Origin: Octopus bimaculoides
Lineage: Eukaryota
DNA length: 56,357 bases
Direction of reading: 5' to 3'
Assembly (NCBI RefSeq): GCF_001194135.2
Contig: NC_068999.1
Location: 1,056,106 to 1,112,462 of the forward strand
A program made the translations under genes and the position numbers. The notes below the pieces were generated by a model that saw only the letters and a list, made by a program, of their open reading frames with translations, was not told the DNA's origin and searched no databases. Below, in pieces: positions 40,564 to 54,134 of the stretch (position 1 is the first letter of the stretch; each line of letters opens with the position of its first letter).

Positions 40564-40688
40564 GAAGAAGAAAAAGAAAAAAGTAGAAGAAGAAAACAGT
40601 TATTATCATCATCATTATTATTATTATTATTATTATTCAGTAGTTTTATTTTTATAACGTACTTTCACTTCACTACCGAGCGCAGCTC

Positions 40689-40751
<63 letters not shown>

Positions 40752-40754
<3 letters not shown>

Positions 40755-41115
40755 TTGATATTGCCATACCTGGAGACATACGAATGGCTGATACAGAACT
40801 GGAAAAGATTGAGAAATACAAGAAGCCACTGAAAGATGAGATAGTACAAAATTGGGCAGTGAAGGAAGTAAATATCTTCCCAGTCGTTGCGATTGAGACA
40901 CAAGAATCATTAATAACCAGGACAAATTTGGATTGGCATGAGGGTAGACCAAGCTCAGATTTATCATGGACAGCAAGTACTTAGAGGCTGATGGTCTGGT
41001 GTTAAGAGTTGTGAATAGATGCCCTGTGACATCATTGGCAACTGGTCTTTGTCCGCTCTTACAGAATTAACCAGAACAAGAGAATATGAGAACACAGAAA
41101 AGTGAAACTGCTAAT
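40752..41115 (+). mobile_element. R4/Dong-like RLE retrotransposon 3' fragment, same family as 6855-7450
   Basis: Translation IDIAIPGDIRMADTELEKIEKYKK.LKDEI...W...V..FPVV. The 3' UTR (catcattggcaactggtctttgtccgctcttacagaattaacc) is visibly homologous to that of the 6855-7450 copy. It starts directly after (ATT)n. Confidence 0.82.
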
Positions 41116-41179
41116 AAATATATATATTAATTAATTAATTACTTAAGAAGAACAAGAATACGGGGGAGGAGGAGAGACA

Positions 41180-41300
41180 TGAGAAGAAGAAGAAGAAGAA
41201 GAAGAAGAAGAAGAAGAAGAAGAAGAAGAAGAAGACGAAGAAGAAGAAGAAGAAGAAGAAGAAGAAGAAGAAGAAGAAGAAGAAGAAGAAGAAGAAGAAT
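41180..41300. repeat. (GAA)n microsatellite
   Basis: Read directly from the sequence. Confidence 0.97.
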
Positions 41301-42011
41301 TGAGACTTAGTGTCAACTTGTACAAATACAAAGAAAAAGTCAAACAAAATAATAATAATAAGAAGAAGACGAAGAAGAAGAAGAACAATAACAACAACTA
41401 ATACAACATCTACTACTGCTATTACTACGACTACTACTACTACTTCTACTACTATGTCTATTAATACTACTACTACTAGTAATAATAATGATAATAATGA
41501 AGATAATACTTCTGCTGCTGCTACAACTACTAAAACAGTGCTTTAACATTATCGCATTTGTGATCAACATAATCATCTTCGCGATGGTTTGAATAAACAA
41601 ATCACAGACTTCCTCGTCGTCGCCGTCGTCATATTCCCTCGTCATAGATTCCTTCGTCATCATCATCATCATCATCACTACCGTTACCGTCAGTAACATC
41701 ACTGACGTCAACCTTATTTCTGTTTGTCATTCTTCAGTTAATAATATCATGGTTTTCCTTGTCCTTAATCTCACCAGCAATTTACAGAAGGAATTATCCT
41801 AACTTAAAAGCTTCTCACCAATAATCAGATTTGCTGTGAGCTGAAGATATTTGCGGCTATTTATTATTACAGTCAGTAACCAGTGATATTAATTCTATGA
41901 CGAAGAATTGCAACGTTAAATACTAACGGGTGGTTATTGACATATAATCTGGTTGCTGAGTTTGATGTTGTGTGGTTATGTTAGCCGAGGGTTCAGTCTA
42001 AAGGAATAGAA

Positions 42012-42155
42012 CAACCGTGGGCAAACTGCGGCCCGCAGCAAGTTCTGAATGTCACGCCTAACGAATAATTACTTTGAATTTCTTCGGTAGTACGGCTCTC
42101 ATGATGATGACCCGTGTTTCATACGACGCGTTTCTCGGAAGACTTTGCCCATTCT
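42012..42155. mobile_element. hAT (Charlie/Buster-like) MITE remnant
   Basis: Left end caaccgtgggcaaactgcggcccgc and right end ctttgcccattc form the CAGGGGTGGGCAAA-type inverted termini. No clear 8-bp target-site duplication survives. Confidence 0.45.
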
Positions 42156-42874
42156 TACCGGGAAAATACTCTTGTTGTGACTATCACCTCTTTTATTGGA
42201 TTCTCTAAATCTACAACATCACTGTTTGCTTTTAAAGTTTCAGTACTCTCCAGCGTGTGTATGTGTATATATACATATATACGTATATATATGTAGACGG
42301 TTGAAAAGGAACACACACTATCGCACCGAATGCACACCATCATTAAGTGCAAAAGACAGCCCAAATCTATGAAAAGTCTCCTAGCGCAAGCCCGAATATG
42401 TTCATCAACAACAACAAACAAGCTGCTGGCTTTTTGAATTTAAAAATATGTTCGTCGCATACGAAAACTTGTTGAAAATAGGAAAAGCTGAGGAGAACGT
42501 TAGTAGCATAATTGAATGTTAAAATATGCAACAAATGCTAATTAAACTTTTAATTTGCAGTTAATAGTTAACACCATTGTTATTGTTTGTTAATATTTTG
42601 AAGTAATTTGCGAGTGCTAAGCGAATTATTACTTAAGAGAATTGACTATTTAATTATCAGTTGTAGATATATACAACAATGAAATTATTAGGGTGTAAAA
42701 AATTGAGTCAATTATACTTAATTGACAAATAACAATGGCTGCACAAATTGAATGAGATTTATCGCATAAACTGAAGCCTTATATCTATGCTGAATTTATG
42801 TTTATAGGAGAGATTAATCCGAAAGAATTTCGAGGAGCTATTTTGGAAAAGTCGTATTGAAATAACACTTACAT

Positions 42875-43210
42875 TTTTCTTGTTGCAGTCATTTGAGTGC
42901 AGTCAACCGCCTTGAAGGGTTTTCGACGAAATAATCGACCCCAGTACATATTTCTAAATCTCGTACTTATCCTATCGGCTACAATTGCCGAACCGCTAAG
43001 TTGCGGGAGACGTAGAAGTCAACGTCCGTTGTTAAGCGGTAGATAGACGCATACACGTATGCGAGTGGCTTCTTTCAGTCTCCGTCTATGAAATCCCCCT
43101 CACAACGCTTTGATCAGCTCAGAGATATAGTAGAAGCCAGTTTCTGAATGTGCCGCGCAACAGGTTTGAAATCGAAACAGTTTGGTTGGGAATCAAATTT
43201 TATACCATTA
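42875..43210 (-). mobile_element. SINE family C
   Basis: Reverse-complement homology to 37872-38253 (aatcgaccccagtac...ccgaaccgctaagttgcggg...gttaagcggt...ttggttggg). Confidence 0.72.
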
Positions 43211-44031
43211 GCAATGTATGATTAACGTGTTTGTGAAAGTGAAAATATTTTAAGCAGACGATAAATAAAATCATGAGATTGGCGTCTCAGACGATAATGT
43301 GCCAAAATAAATACACCACTAAATGGTTTGTTGTAATTTTAATAGCAACGTATGCCACCACAATATTCATTTAATATTCAGAGGAAATATGCAATTTTTG
43401 TTATTATGACATATATTATAAACAAAATGATGTTGTTTTAACACTTATGTAATTGAGAAAGACATGTTTATAAACTGAACGGCAGATCTGTTATGGTTTA
43501 TAGCTAAATTCTACTGAAGTGGTTGAGTAGAGAATGAAATGATAATTACATATATGTTTCATTTACGATTCGGATAGTAACGGCATATTTTTATAAGAAT
43601 TATAAATTTAATGTGGTTATAAGTGTCTGCTGCTATTACAGAATACTACACGACAGCCATTAAATATTAAAGAGGTTTAAACTTAAATTTGCGATGTAAG
43701 TAAGATTGATTGTAAGAAGATATAAAGTATTAAGTTAAATTAAGCATCACTAATGTTAACATATTTATTTGCAACTGCAGCACACCTACAGAATATGTTG
43801 CAAGGTAAATTATATAGAAATATATGTATAGCCAGAAGATATATGCAGCTATTGAAGCGGTTTGTGCATGTGGAAATATTTATGAGGGATTCTAGAATAA
43901 AATAAAACAAAGTTATCGACGATTTCAGAAGCAAGACGAAACATGTGCAAACAGGTGTATTATTGGTGTATTACACATAACTACTATTTACTCTTTTACT
44001 CGTTTCAGCCATGCAGCTACGCTCATGGTGA

Positions 44032-44074
<43 letters not shown>

Positions 44075-45232
44075 NNNNNNNNNNNNNNNNNNNNNNNNNN
44101 NNNNNNNNNNNNNNNNNNNNNNNNNNNNNNNNNNNNNNNNNNNNNNNNNNNNNNNNNNNNNNNNNNNNNNNNNNNNNNNNNNNNNNNNNNNNNNNNNNNN
44201 NNNNNNNNNNNNNNNNNNNNNNNNNNNNNNNNNNNNNNNNNNNNNNNNNNNNNNNNNNNNNNNNNNNNNNNNNNNNNNNNNNNNNNNNNNNNNNNNNNNN
44301 NNNNNNNNNNNNNNNNNNNNNNNNNNNNNNNNNNNNNNNNNNNNNNNNNNNNNNNNNNNNNNNNNNNNNNNNNNNNNNNNNNNNNNNNNNNNNNNNNNNN
44401 NNNNNNNNNNNNNNNNNNNNNNNNNNNNNNNNNNNNNNNNNNNNNNNNNNNNNNNNNNNNNNNNNNNNNNNNNNNNNNNNNNNNNNNNNNNNNNNNNNNN
44501 NNNNNNNNNNNNNNNNNNNNNNNNNNNNNNNNNNNNNNNNNNNNNNNNNNNNNNNNNNNNNNNNNNNNNNNNNNNNNNNNNNNNNNNNNNNNNNNNNNNN
44601 NNNNNNNNNNNNNNNNNNNNNNNNNNNNNNNNNNNNNNNNNNNNNNNNNNNNNNNNNNNNNNNNNNNNNNNNNNNNNNNNNNNNNNNNNNNNNNNNNNNN
44701 NNNNNNNNNNNTATATATATATATATGTATACATCTATATGTGGATGTAGTTATATATACACGTAACATACATATAAGAATGCCTTTTTCTGATAAACAC
44801 GTGTTCCACAAATTTATTTTACTGGTGATAATGATGATGATGATGATGATGATGTAATGATGATGATGATGATGATGTAATGATGATGATGATTTTGACG
44901 ACGACAACGTCGACGACACAGTTAGCCGACAAGTTGATCGTCTCTTTTCCTTATTCACCGCAAAACCATAAGAGTTCTCTACGTAATTCCAATAAAAAAA
45001 AGAAACCCAGATGACCTCCCCATTCTTATCGTATTTCTTTTTCTATGAATTGTTTTTTTTAGCTTCCCTCCTTGTTGTTTTCAAATGGCACCCAACGTCG
45101 CCATTTTGTCGAGCAGAATTCGATTTTAATTAATATCCAAACCATCCAAACCATAGTGCTTCTAATTCAAGTAGCTTTCAATATACTTATTAAGAGAAGA
45201 AAAAAAAATGGTGTGTTTATTTCTTTATCTCT

Positions 45233-45362
45233 CCTAAGTAAATAGTTTTGTAAATTGAGTTCAGCTAACAACCAGTATATTTATAATATAGACATATATT
45301 CCATAAGTAAATAATTTTGTGAATTTGAGTTCAACTACACAGTAAATATAGATTGTATATAT
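45233..45362. repeat. Diverged tandem duplication of about 65 bp
   Basis: cctaagtaaatagttttgtaaattgagttcagcta... versus ccataagtaaataattttgtgaatttgagttcaacta... Confidence 0.8.
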
Positions 45363-45380
45363 ATGTGTATATATATATTC

Positions 45381-45411
<31 letters not shown>

Positions 45412-47425
45412 CTTATTCATTCATATATAAATGCATGTATATGTCTATATATACTTACACACACATACACACGCACACACATATATATATATATATATAT
45501 ACGTATGTATACACTTAGAGATATCCAGATATCTATATTTGTATATGTACATAGATGTGTGTGTACCTGTGTTTTACTGTATATGCCTTTGTTTGTGTCT
45601 CTGTGCAACCTTTGTGTGTTATTATGTACATATGAAGATGCATGCGTTTTCAAATATATACTTATAGTCATATTGTTCATGAGCACATTTGCAAACACTC
45701 GTGCACACATACATACGCACGCACAGACACACATATGTATGTATATAAATGAATGCATTATGTATGTATTGTGTATGTATGTATGTATGTATGTATGTAT
45801 GCATGTATATATGTGTGCATGCATGTATATATGTATGCATGCATGTATGTATGTATATATGCGAATTGTTAAAGTGTTTTGGAATAATTTGCAATTTAGT
45901 TTTCATTTTAAACACAAACAGACACTTTTAACTGTGAAAATAAACAATATTTAATCAACATAATGTTATGTCTCTCTTAATAGCGAGATTGCTTTCAACA
46001 TGACTGGTTCTTAGAAATCCTATGCCCTCATCAGAGATGGAATCCCCAAACCTTACATACTTAGTTTCCTTGTGACTATTGATTGCCGATGAACTATAGC
46101 ACTCACCTGGTCCATAAGCCTAATTTACATAATGTGAGTGAATTAATCGAATGTCACAGCATCATGATTGAATAATTTAAAAGGTAAGGAATGTCGTCTT
46201 TTATGAACCTTTTATAACTGAAGTTAAACATATCCGTTCTATATTTGGCTCCCCTCAATTGAAAAGGGCTGTAGCATTTGCTGAGTATTACCCGTTCCAT
46301 ATATGGATGTCATCAAATATTCTTCCTCTAAAACTGTTCACTCCGTACCATTTCATTCCATTCCTTCAATCTTATTTTACGATTTCCCAATATTTCATTA
46401 CGATATCAAAATAAAATTTATTAATACATTATCCTTTCATTTGCGTCTGGTGAGTCTAATTTCCTGTTTACTGGATAGATTTAGTAAACATTTAAAGTCG
46501 GGGTACATTAATACATCGGAATTAATATTCGTTTATATCAGCAATCCGTCTAAGTATGAAATCTTCAATATAATATTTTAAATATTTTCGACGTAAACAG
46601 CTTTCGTTTTTGTTTTGTTTCTGTAAATCTGCTTAAGACGATTTAAACGGTTCAAGATCGATAAACAAAATAACAAATCCGATAAAATATAATAGTGATG
46701 TTTTGAGAAAACATACAACCGGAGAAAGAGAGACAGACAGAAACAGTGACAGAGACAGAGAGCGAGAGAGAGAGAGAGGGGTGGTGGCTTGTTTCTTTCA
46801 TTGCCAAGTGTTGAAGTAGGGGAGGTAAATCTATTTACTCTTCAGGCACCTTCAGATCGACGGGTTTCGGTCCATTGACGCTGTCGCTGAAAATTCATAA
46901 GTAAACATCTACGGGTTATATACGAACAGGGATTAAATTTCAGAACGCTGCTGACGTTCTGGAAGAAATGGACTGAGATTAGAAACTAGTTAATGTGGAT
47001 TTATATACCACAACGATTGTGGGCATTAGCTTCAGATGATTTGACGATCATCGCAACTTGAGATTGGCGGAATAATTGGCAAGAATTCGACGTAATCACT
47101 TATGAAATCTTTGGTTCGGTAGACATCAAGATTCTATAATGGATTTCGATATAGACACATTGAAGATGCGCCCAATATTCCAATTACCTCATCTGGAATG
47201 AATGTAAGGCTAAGAAACTCATTTCGAAAGAGTTAGCATTGGATTCGGTCACAGAAAATTTTGAAGACGATCAGCTAAGTGATCCGTCTTTAAAGAAAAC
47301 CAAAATCTTCACACACAGAATTCCTACATTTTTACACCCGTCCTCTGTTTTACTCATACACACACACACACACACACACACNNNNNNNNNNNNNNNNNNN
47401 NNNNNNNNNNNNNNNNNNNNNNNNN

Positions 47426-47504
<79 letters not shown>

Positions 47505-48076
47505 ATATATATAGAGAAATATTTAGAAACATAGAAGCAGATTTGTTATTGATAATTTTGCGATGTACCCGGACACATTATGCAACAACACAAAAAGCAC
47601 CGGGTACTTTGCATTTAAACAGTGTTAAAACTGAGAGAAAAAGAAGATTAGAATTGACAAAGGAAAATGGCGGAAGTGCGCTTCACAGTGTGTCAGGTGT
47701 TCAAGGAAATGTTTCATTTAGTATTTTTCTGATACACAAACTGCTCCACCTACGTGATTAAATAGGAAACATGTATCCAGCAGGCACACGCAATCTTTAG
47801 TAATCTTTATGAATCGATACTGGCTCGCTAAGTCGTGTAATTTTGTTCAGATTCTCGAATGTAAGAAAGTATGGTATGTGGTAGCCAGGCGAATTTGTTT
47901 TTCATACTGAATATAGAAACGCAAGCGATAGTTTACAATGCTCAGAGATTATAGATGTAGTGAGTGGTAAATAATCCTTAGAGTTTTTGTGCATATCTGG
48001 CAATAATCTTGTACCTATCTATATCTATATTTGTGTGCTTTTGAGTGTATATGCGTGTAAATCTATTTATTAAAAT

Positions 48077-48127
<51 letters not shown>

Positions 48128-48289
48128 NNNNNNNNNNNNNNNNNNNNNNNNNNNNNNNNNNNNNNNNNNNNNNNNNNNNNNNNNNNNNNNNNNNNNNNNN
48201 NNNNNNNNNNNNNNNNNNNNNNNNNNNNNNNNNNNNNNNNNNNNNNNNNNNNNNNNNCAATGTAACTACACACGTGCTGTTAGGGAATT

Positions 48290-48378
48290 CTTTTCCTTCT
48301 TTTAACTCTTCCCTTTCATTTTTCCTACGAAGATTTATACTCGAAACGTCAAAGTCTCTCTTTTCGCCGACCGTCAAG
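48290..48378 (+). mobile_element. Penelope-like 3' terminal motif
   Basis: cctacgaagatttatactcgaaacgtcaaag, the same motif type as 15398-15480. Confidence 0.45.
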
Positions 48379-48379
48379 C

Positions 48380-48632
48380 TAATATATTACTTGTGCACGT
48401 CTTCTGTAGCTGAGCAGCCCACACACACACATACCCTTAATGTAGTTTTTTGATGGACAAGGCTGTTCCTTCGAAGGAGAGGCACAACTCAATTTTGCCG
48501 ACAGAATGAACTGAAGCAACGTGAAATAAATTGTTTCGCTGGAGGACACAACACGCCGCTCGCTCCGAGAATTGAACTCACGATCTTGCGATCTGGAACC
48601 GAACACCATAACACTGTGCCACGCGCCTTCAC
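48380..48632 (-). mobile_element. tRNA-derived SINE family B
   Basis: Minus-strand head gtgaaggcgcgtggcacagtgttatggtgttcggttccagatcgcaagatcgtgagttcaattctcgg has A- and B-box-like motifs. Confidence 0.75.
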
Positions 48633-49765
48633 ACAACACACAACAAGGGGCTAAAATCCACTACACCACAGCAATTATCTGTAAAATCCATTGAACTAAA
48701 TGTCTGTAAATCAAGACAAATTCCTCGGAGGAAATTCAGGAATAACCAATCAAAGAATGGGCTTTTCGGTAATTAACGTTGTTTGGATACCGTGAGGACT
48801 GACGATGAGGTGTGCGTGTGTGTGTGTGTGTGTTACTAGAGTGAGATCCGTGTATATGATAGCGTATGCGCGTATATTGATGTTTGTATACGTATGTGTA
48901 TATGTTTTGTGTATGTGTGCATATATGCATATATGTGTGTGACTATACATCACATCAGTAATGTGTATGCATATGTGGATAATTAGATGTATTCTTATGC
49001 ATGGATATCTGCGGTCATACATCTTGTGGGTGAAGTGTATATGTATCTACGTGTGTCACTTGTAGATATGTATGGATGTGTAACTATATGCATTCTCCGA
49101 GAGCTGTGAGTATGCCAATTTATGTGAGTTTACAAGCGTAGGAATGTGAGTGTGTGTCTAATTACAGTGAACTCAGTACGTGTTGCGGTATATATGCGTG
49201 TACGTATATATGTATATGTGTGTAGGTCTGGCAGTATGTTTGAAAACACGTTTGTGTGTTTGCAAATGCAGCTTCACGTGTACGCGTCTGTGCAGAAGCA
49301 AGTAACGCACACAAGAATTGATCGGTGAGTTGGTCGAAGTCTGTGATTGGACGGAAGAGACAAAGGGTTGGGGTGAAATGGAGACGAGAGTAAAAGAGAC
49401 AGGATGACGACGATGTTGAGGAAGAGGGTGATTCTGAAGTTGGCGATGATGACCAGAATGATGATGATGATGAAAATGATGATCATGATGATAATGATGG
49501 CGAAGGTAATGATAATGACATCATCGGGATCATGTTGACTACCGAGGTTTATAAGGACAGTGCCTCTATGCATAAATAGGCACATGCGCACATCGTCATC
49601 ATTATCATTGTTGTCATCGTCGTCATCATCATTATCATGACCATCATCGTCGTCGTCATCATCACAGTCATCCTCATTGCGGTGACGAAGGTGTTCAAGT
49701 CAAATAAATCATTATCACATTAGGCGAACGTGGTTGTCTCCTTGGATGTCTGTGCGTCCATCATC

Positions 49766-49797
<32 letters not shown>

Positions 49798-50346
49798 CGT
49801 CATCATCGTCATCATCGGCAGCAACAGCGGAAGCAAAGCATTAGCATCACCATCAATGCACTTTCATGACCACCATAGTCACCAAGAGCATCATCGTCAT
49901 CATCATCATCATCGTCATCATCATCTCCACCATCGAGTCTAAGTTGTCTTTTTTCTCCCCCACCCCACCCCTATCACCTGGTGTTCTACAACTTTCCATC
50001 ACTCTCATTATATAACAAACAACAAGGAGAAAAAAAAGAATGTTTGTTCGGTTAATAGCTTTTCCGAATCATTAAACAAATTGATTGCGAAATTCGCGGC
50101 GAATCCCATGGCACGCTCACTGATTTGCTCTGCATTGCTTTACTTTGCACTGCATTCCTTTACATTTCCGTTATGTGTGCCATTCACCCGTCCCCTACCC
50201 CTCACCCACCCGCTTTTGCTTCCATTGTTTATTTTGGGATTTATACTTTCATTATATCACTTATATATCTCGTTCCTCATTTTCTCTATCTTTCCGTAAA
50301 TCTTTATCACTCTATGGGCTACATACATGTACATATATGCATACAC

Positions 50347-50377
<31 letters not shown>

Positions 50378-50499
50378 TACACATACATACACACATACAG
50401 ACACACATACATATATATACATGCATTACATGTATGTTTATATGAGACTGTGTTTGTTTCAGTGTGTTTCCTTGTATATCGCTTATCTATCTATATATA

Positions 50500-50536
<37 letters not shown>

Positions 50537-50563
50537 TTATCGATTTATACATACATACATACA

Positions 50564-50610
<47 letters not shown>

Positions 50611-52481
50611 GTACTACTACTACTACTGTGCAGTAGAAATAAAACCTGAAATCACGTATTTTACGGAAGAAAACCTGTTGCGCAAAGCTATTAAAAAGAA
50701 ACGAATTTCTGCGCCGTACTTTTGCCATGTAGAATATATTTCTTGTGTTTATTTACAGTGTACGATAATTGCTGTAATGAAAATCTATCCCCAAGAACTG
50801 GCACATTGTAATTGCTTCATAAATATATATTTAGCGGCAATAAAAATTGCAGGTTTCTTTTGCAGCATTCCAAATCTAAAACTCATTAAAATAATCACAG
50901 CTAATTTATTAATACTATTGAGGGAATCACGTGAAGCTGGAGATGATGCATTTCATATGAATACTTGTATACACTATATCGACTAAGAACTTTTAATAGA
51001 ACGGTAGGGTACGATGCTGGGATCAATGATAAGACTCTGAGAGTATTTGATTTTATTTTCGATTTTCTTTCGATTTGTCAACCAGCTCTCTTTTAGTGAA
51101 TATGAAATGATTATTTTTCAGTTTTTAGTTCCCTAATACGTTGAGAAAGGAAAGAGAGGCAGACGGTCAGAATGACGGAAAAAATAAAGACAGACATGTA
51201 ACTCGATTTAGCCATCACAATTTAGGTATATATATATATATATATATATATATNNNNNNNNNNNNNNNNNNNNNNNNNNNNNNNNNNNNNNNNNNNNNNN
51301 NNNNNNNNNNNNNNNNNNNNNNNNNNNNNNNNNNNNNNNNNNNNNNNNNNNNNNNNNNNNNNNNTATATATACGTATATCTATCTATCTTGAAAGTAGTG
51401 CTCAACACTTAAGCTTTGAGTTACACTAATTTAAAGCTGTTTTAGTTTCGCATAACTTGCTGCGCATGGCCACATATATACGCTCACAGTATGTACTTCC
51501 GTAGATATTTTGTAACTTATATTACATGCCACGGTTTCTAGCCACTAAAGGGAAAATAGTATAATACTTATTCCTACCAAATTCTGTAGAAAACTAATGA
51601 CTTACACACGTCAAGATATGAGACAAAATATTAAAATTACACCATAAAAACAAATACTTTCTTGCCTATTAAACGAATCTCGTCATGTGACGAGAGAACT
51701 TGTATGTAAAAGAAATACATGTAAATCGCCATAAAAACTATAACAAACGAACACAACGAAATAAGAAAGAAAACTAAGAAATTGAAGAAAACAAAGGAAA
51801 ATTGTTCTATAGTACAGGAAAACTGGAAATTTAAAACATTTCAATGGCGAAGAAAAAATTTGAAACATTGACGAATACACACAAAAATTGAAATGGAACA
51901 CAGTGAAAAAATTAGAAAAATAAGTGCAAAGATTTTTAACTAGATAACTAGATGCTAAAAGCAAAACTATGTAAGGGAAACTTCGTTATACAATGGATAA
52001 GCAATTACAGAATTATGGAAATAATATTTAGAAAAAACACGGAATTGCGAGGATTACTTATCTTGATGTTTTGCCTATTGTTTTATTTATTTATATTTAT
52101 GAAAAAATTTATGAAATGAAATTCGCATTTCATATAAAAGCTTTCTAAACCGCATACTTCATTTCCCTCTCCCCAGCAATGCAAACACAACTCTTATACA
52201 ACAATATATTCATGCACAAGCGTACCTACTCACAGTCACAGATGCACGCACAGGCGCAAAAAAGACAGTGTTTGAATATACATAGAGATAAATATTCTAT
52301 TTGGCTTTTGGAGCAGGAGACATAAATATTCTTTAGCCCAAATAGTGAAATGAGTTTTCATGATTGGGTGGATTGATAAAAAGAATTTGAAATTGTGTGC
52401 GTACATATGAAGTATAAAACAACCCATATATATTGAATGTATATATAAATAGACACATATATCTACAAGCAAATATATATG

Positions 52482-52515
<34 letters not shown>

Positions 52516-54072
52516 CGTCTGTGCCTGTGTGTATGTATGTATGCATGCATGTATGTATGTAATGTATATATATATGTGTGTGTANNNNNNNNNNNNNNNN
52601 NNNNNNNNNNNNNNNNNNNNNNNNNNNNNNNNNNNNNNNNNNNNNNNNNNNNNNNNNNNNNNNNNNNNNNNNNNNNNNNNNNNNNNNNNNNNNNNNNNNN
52701 NNNNNNNNNNNNNNNNNNNNNNNNNNNNNNNNNNNNNNNNNNNNNNNNNNNNNNNNNNNNNNNNNNNNNNNNNNNNNNNNNNNNNNNNNNNNNNNNNNNN
52801 NNNNNNNNNNNNNNNNNNNNNNNNNNNNNNNNNNNNNNNNNNNNNNNNNNNNNNNNNNNNNNNNNNNNNNNNNNNNNNNNNNNNNNNNNNNNNNNNNNNN
52901 NNNNNNNNNNNNNNNNNNNNNNNNNNNNNNNNNNNNNNNNNNNNNNNNNNNNNNNNNNNNNNNNNNNNNNNNNNNNNNNNNNNNNNNNNNNNNNNNNNNN
53001 NNNNNNNNNNNNNNNNNNNNNNNNNNNNNNNNNNNNNNNNNNNNNNNNNNNNNNNNNNNNNNNNNNNNNNNNNNNNNNNNNNNNNNNNNNNNNNNNNNNN
53101 NNNNNNNNNNNNNNNNNNNNNNNNNNNNNNNNNNNNNNNNNNNNNNNNNNNNNNNNNNNNNNNNNNNNNNNNNNNNNNNNNNNNNNNNNNNNNNNNNNNT
53201 GCTTCCATAGCTGGATTTGATGTGGAAGATGCTGTGATAGAAGAGGCATTGAGTTTGTAGTGGTGGTGGTGGTGGTTGTGGTGGTGGTGGTGGTGGTGGT
53301 TGTGGTGGTTGTGGTGGTGGTGGTGCTGGTGATAGTTGTGGTAGTTGTGGTGGTGGTGGTGCTGAGCAAGAAACTGCTGTAGATAAATGTATTGGCATTG
53401 TCTATATTTGTTGTTGTGGTTGTGGTGGGTGTGGTAATTGTGGTGCCTGAGGATTTGCGGGTGGGGGTGGGGTGGAACATATAGGGAAATATCAATAAAA
53501 ATCTCAAAAATATATTGAAATGAGCATCAAACAGTCATTTTGCTTCCTTGCATGCTGTTATTAAGCCTGATCGATCTCGCTATTTCGTATTATCATCGAA
53601 CGGCTCTATTGTAAACGAAACACAGATCAATGTAACCTTCTGATAACATGTCACACANNNNNNNNNNTATATATGTAGGTATACTTGTATCCATGTAGAT
53701 TTATAATAATATTAATATATTTGCGTATAAAGTTATTTACGCTTATATAATTGGTTACCCACATCTCTATATCTGTAAAGGCATAGAAGTATACGTCTAT
53801 GTTAGTTTAAAAGTGAATAATATTATTTATACGAATACACGCAGACACACACATACACAGGCTTGCATACAAGAGTATGTATTTACATACATCTATGTGT
53901 ATAAACAAGCAAGCATGTGTGTTAGGATTATTTTCTCCAAGTATGAGAACGTGCGTCACATGTAAAGAACTAACACAACTGAGAACCAAACGAACAAGTA
54001 TAAAAAATAATGCAATAAAAATAATAATACTAATATTTCAACAACAATAACAATAACAACAACAACAACAGC

Positions 54073-54134
<62 letters not shown>

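Noticed and set aside
50678-50986. 102-aa non-repetitive plus-strand ORF
   Set aside because: No recognisable domain, AT-rich composition like background, and a length attainable by chance.
53200-53507. Pro-rich, Thr-rich or Gly/Cys-rich ORFs resembling formin or mucin segments
   Set aside because: Degenerate (GGT/TGT)n repeat beside a gap and a probable assembly overlap.
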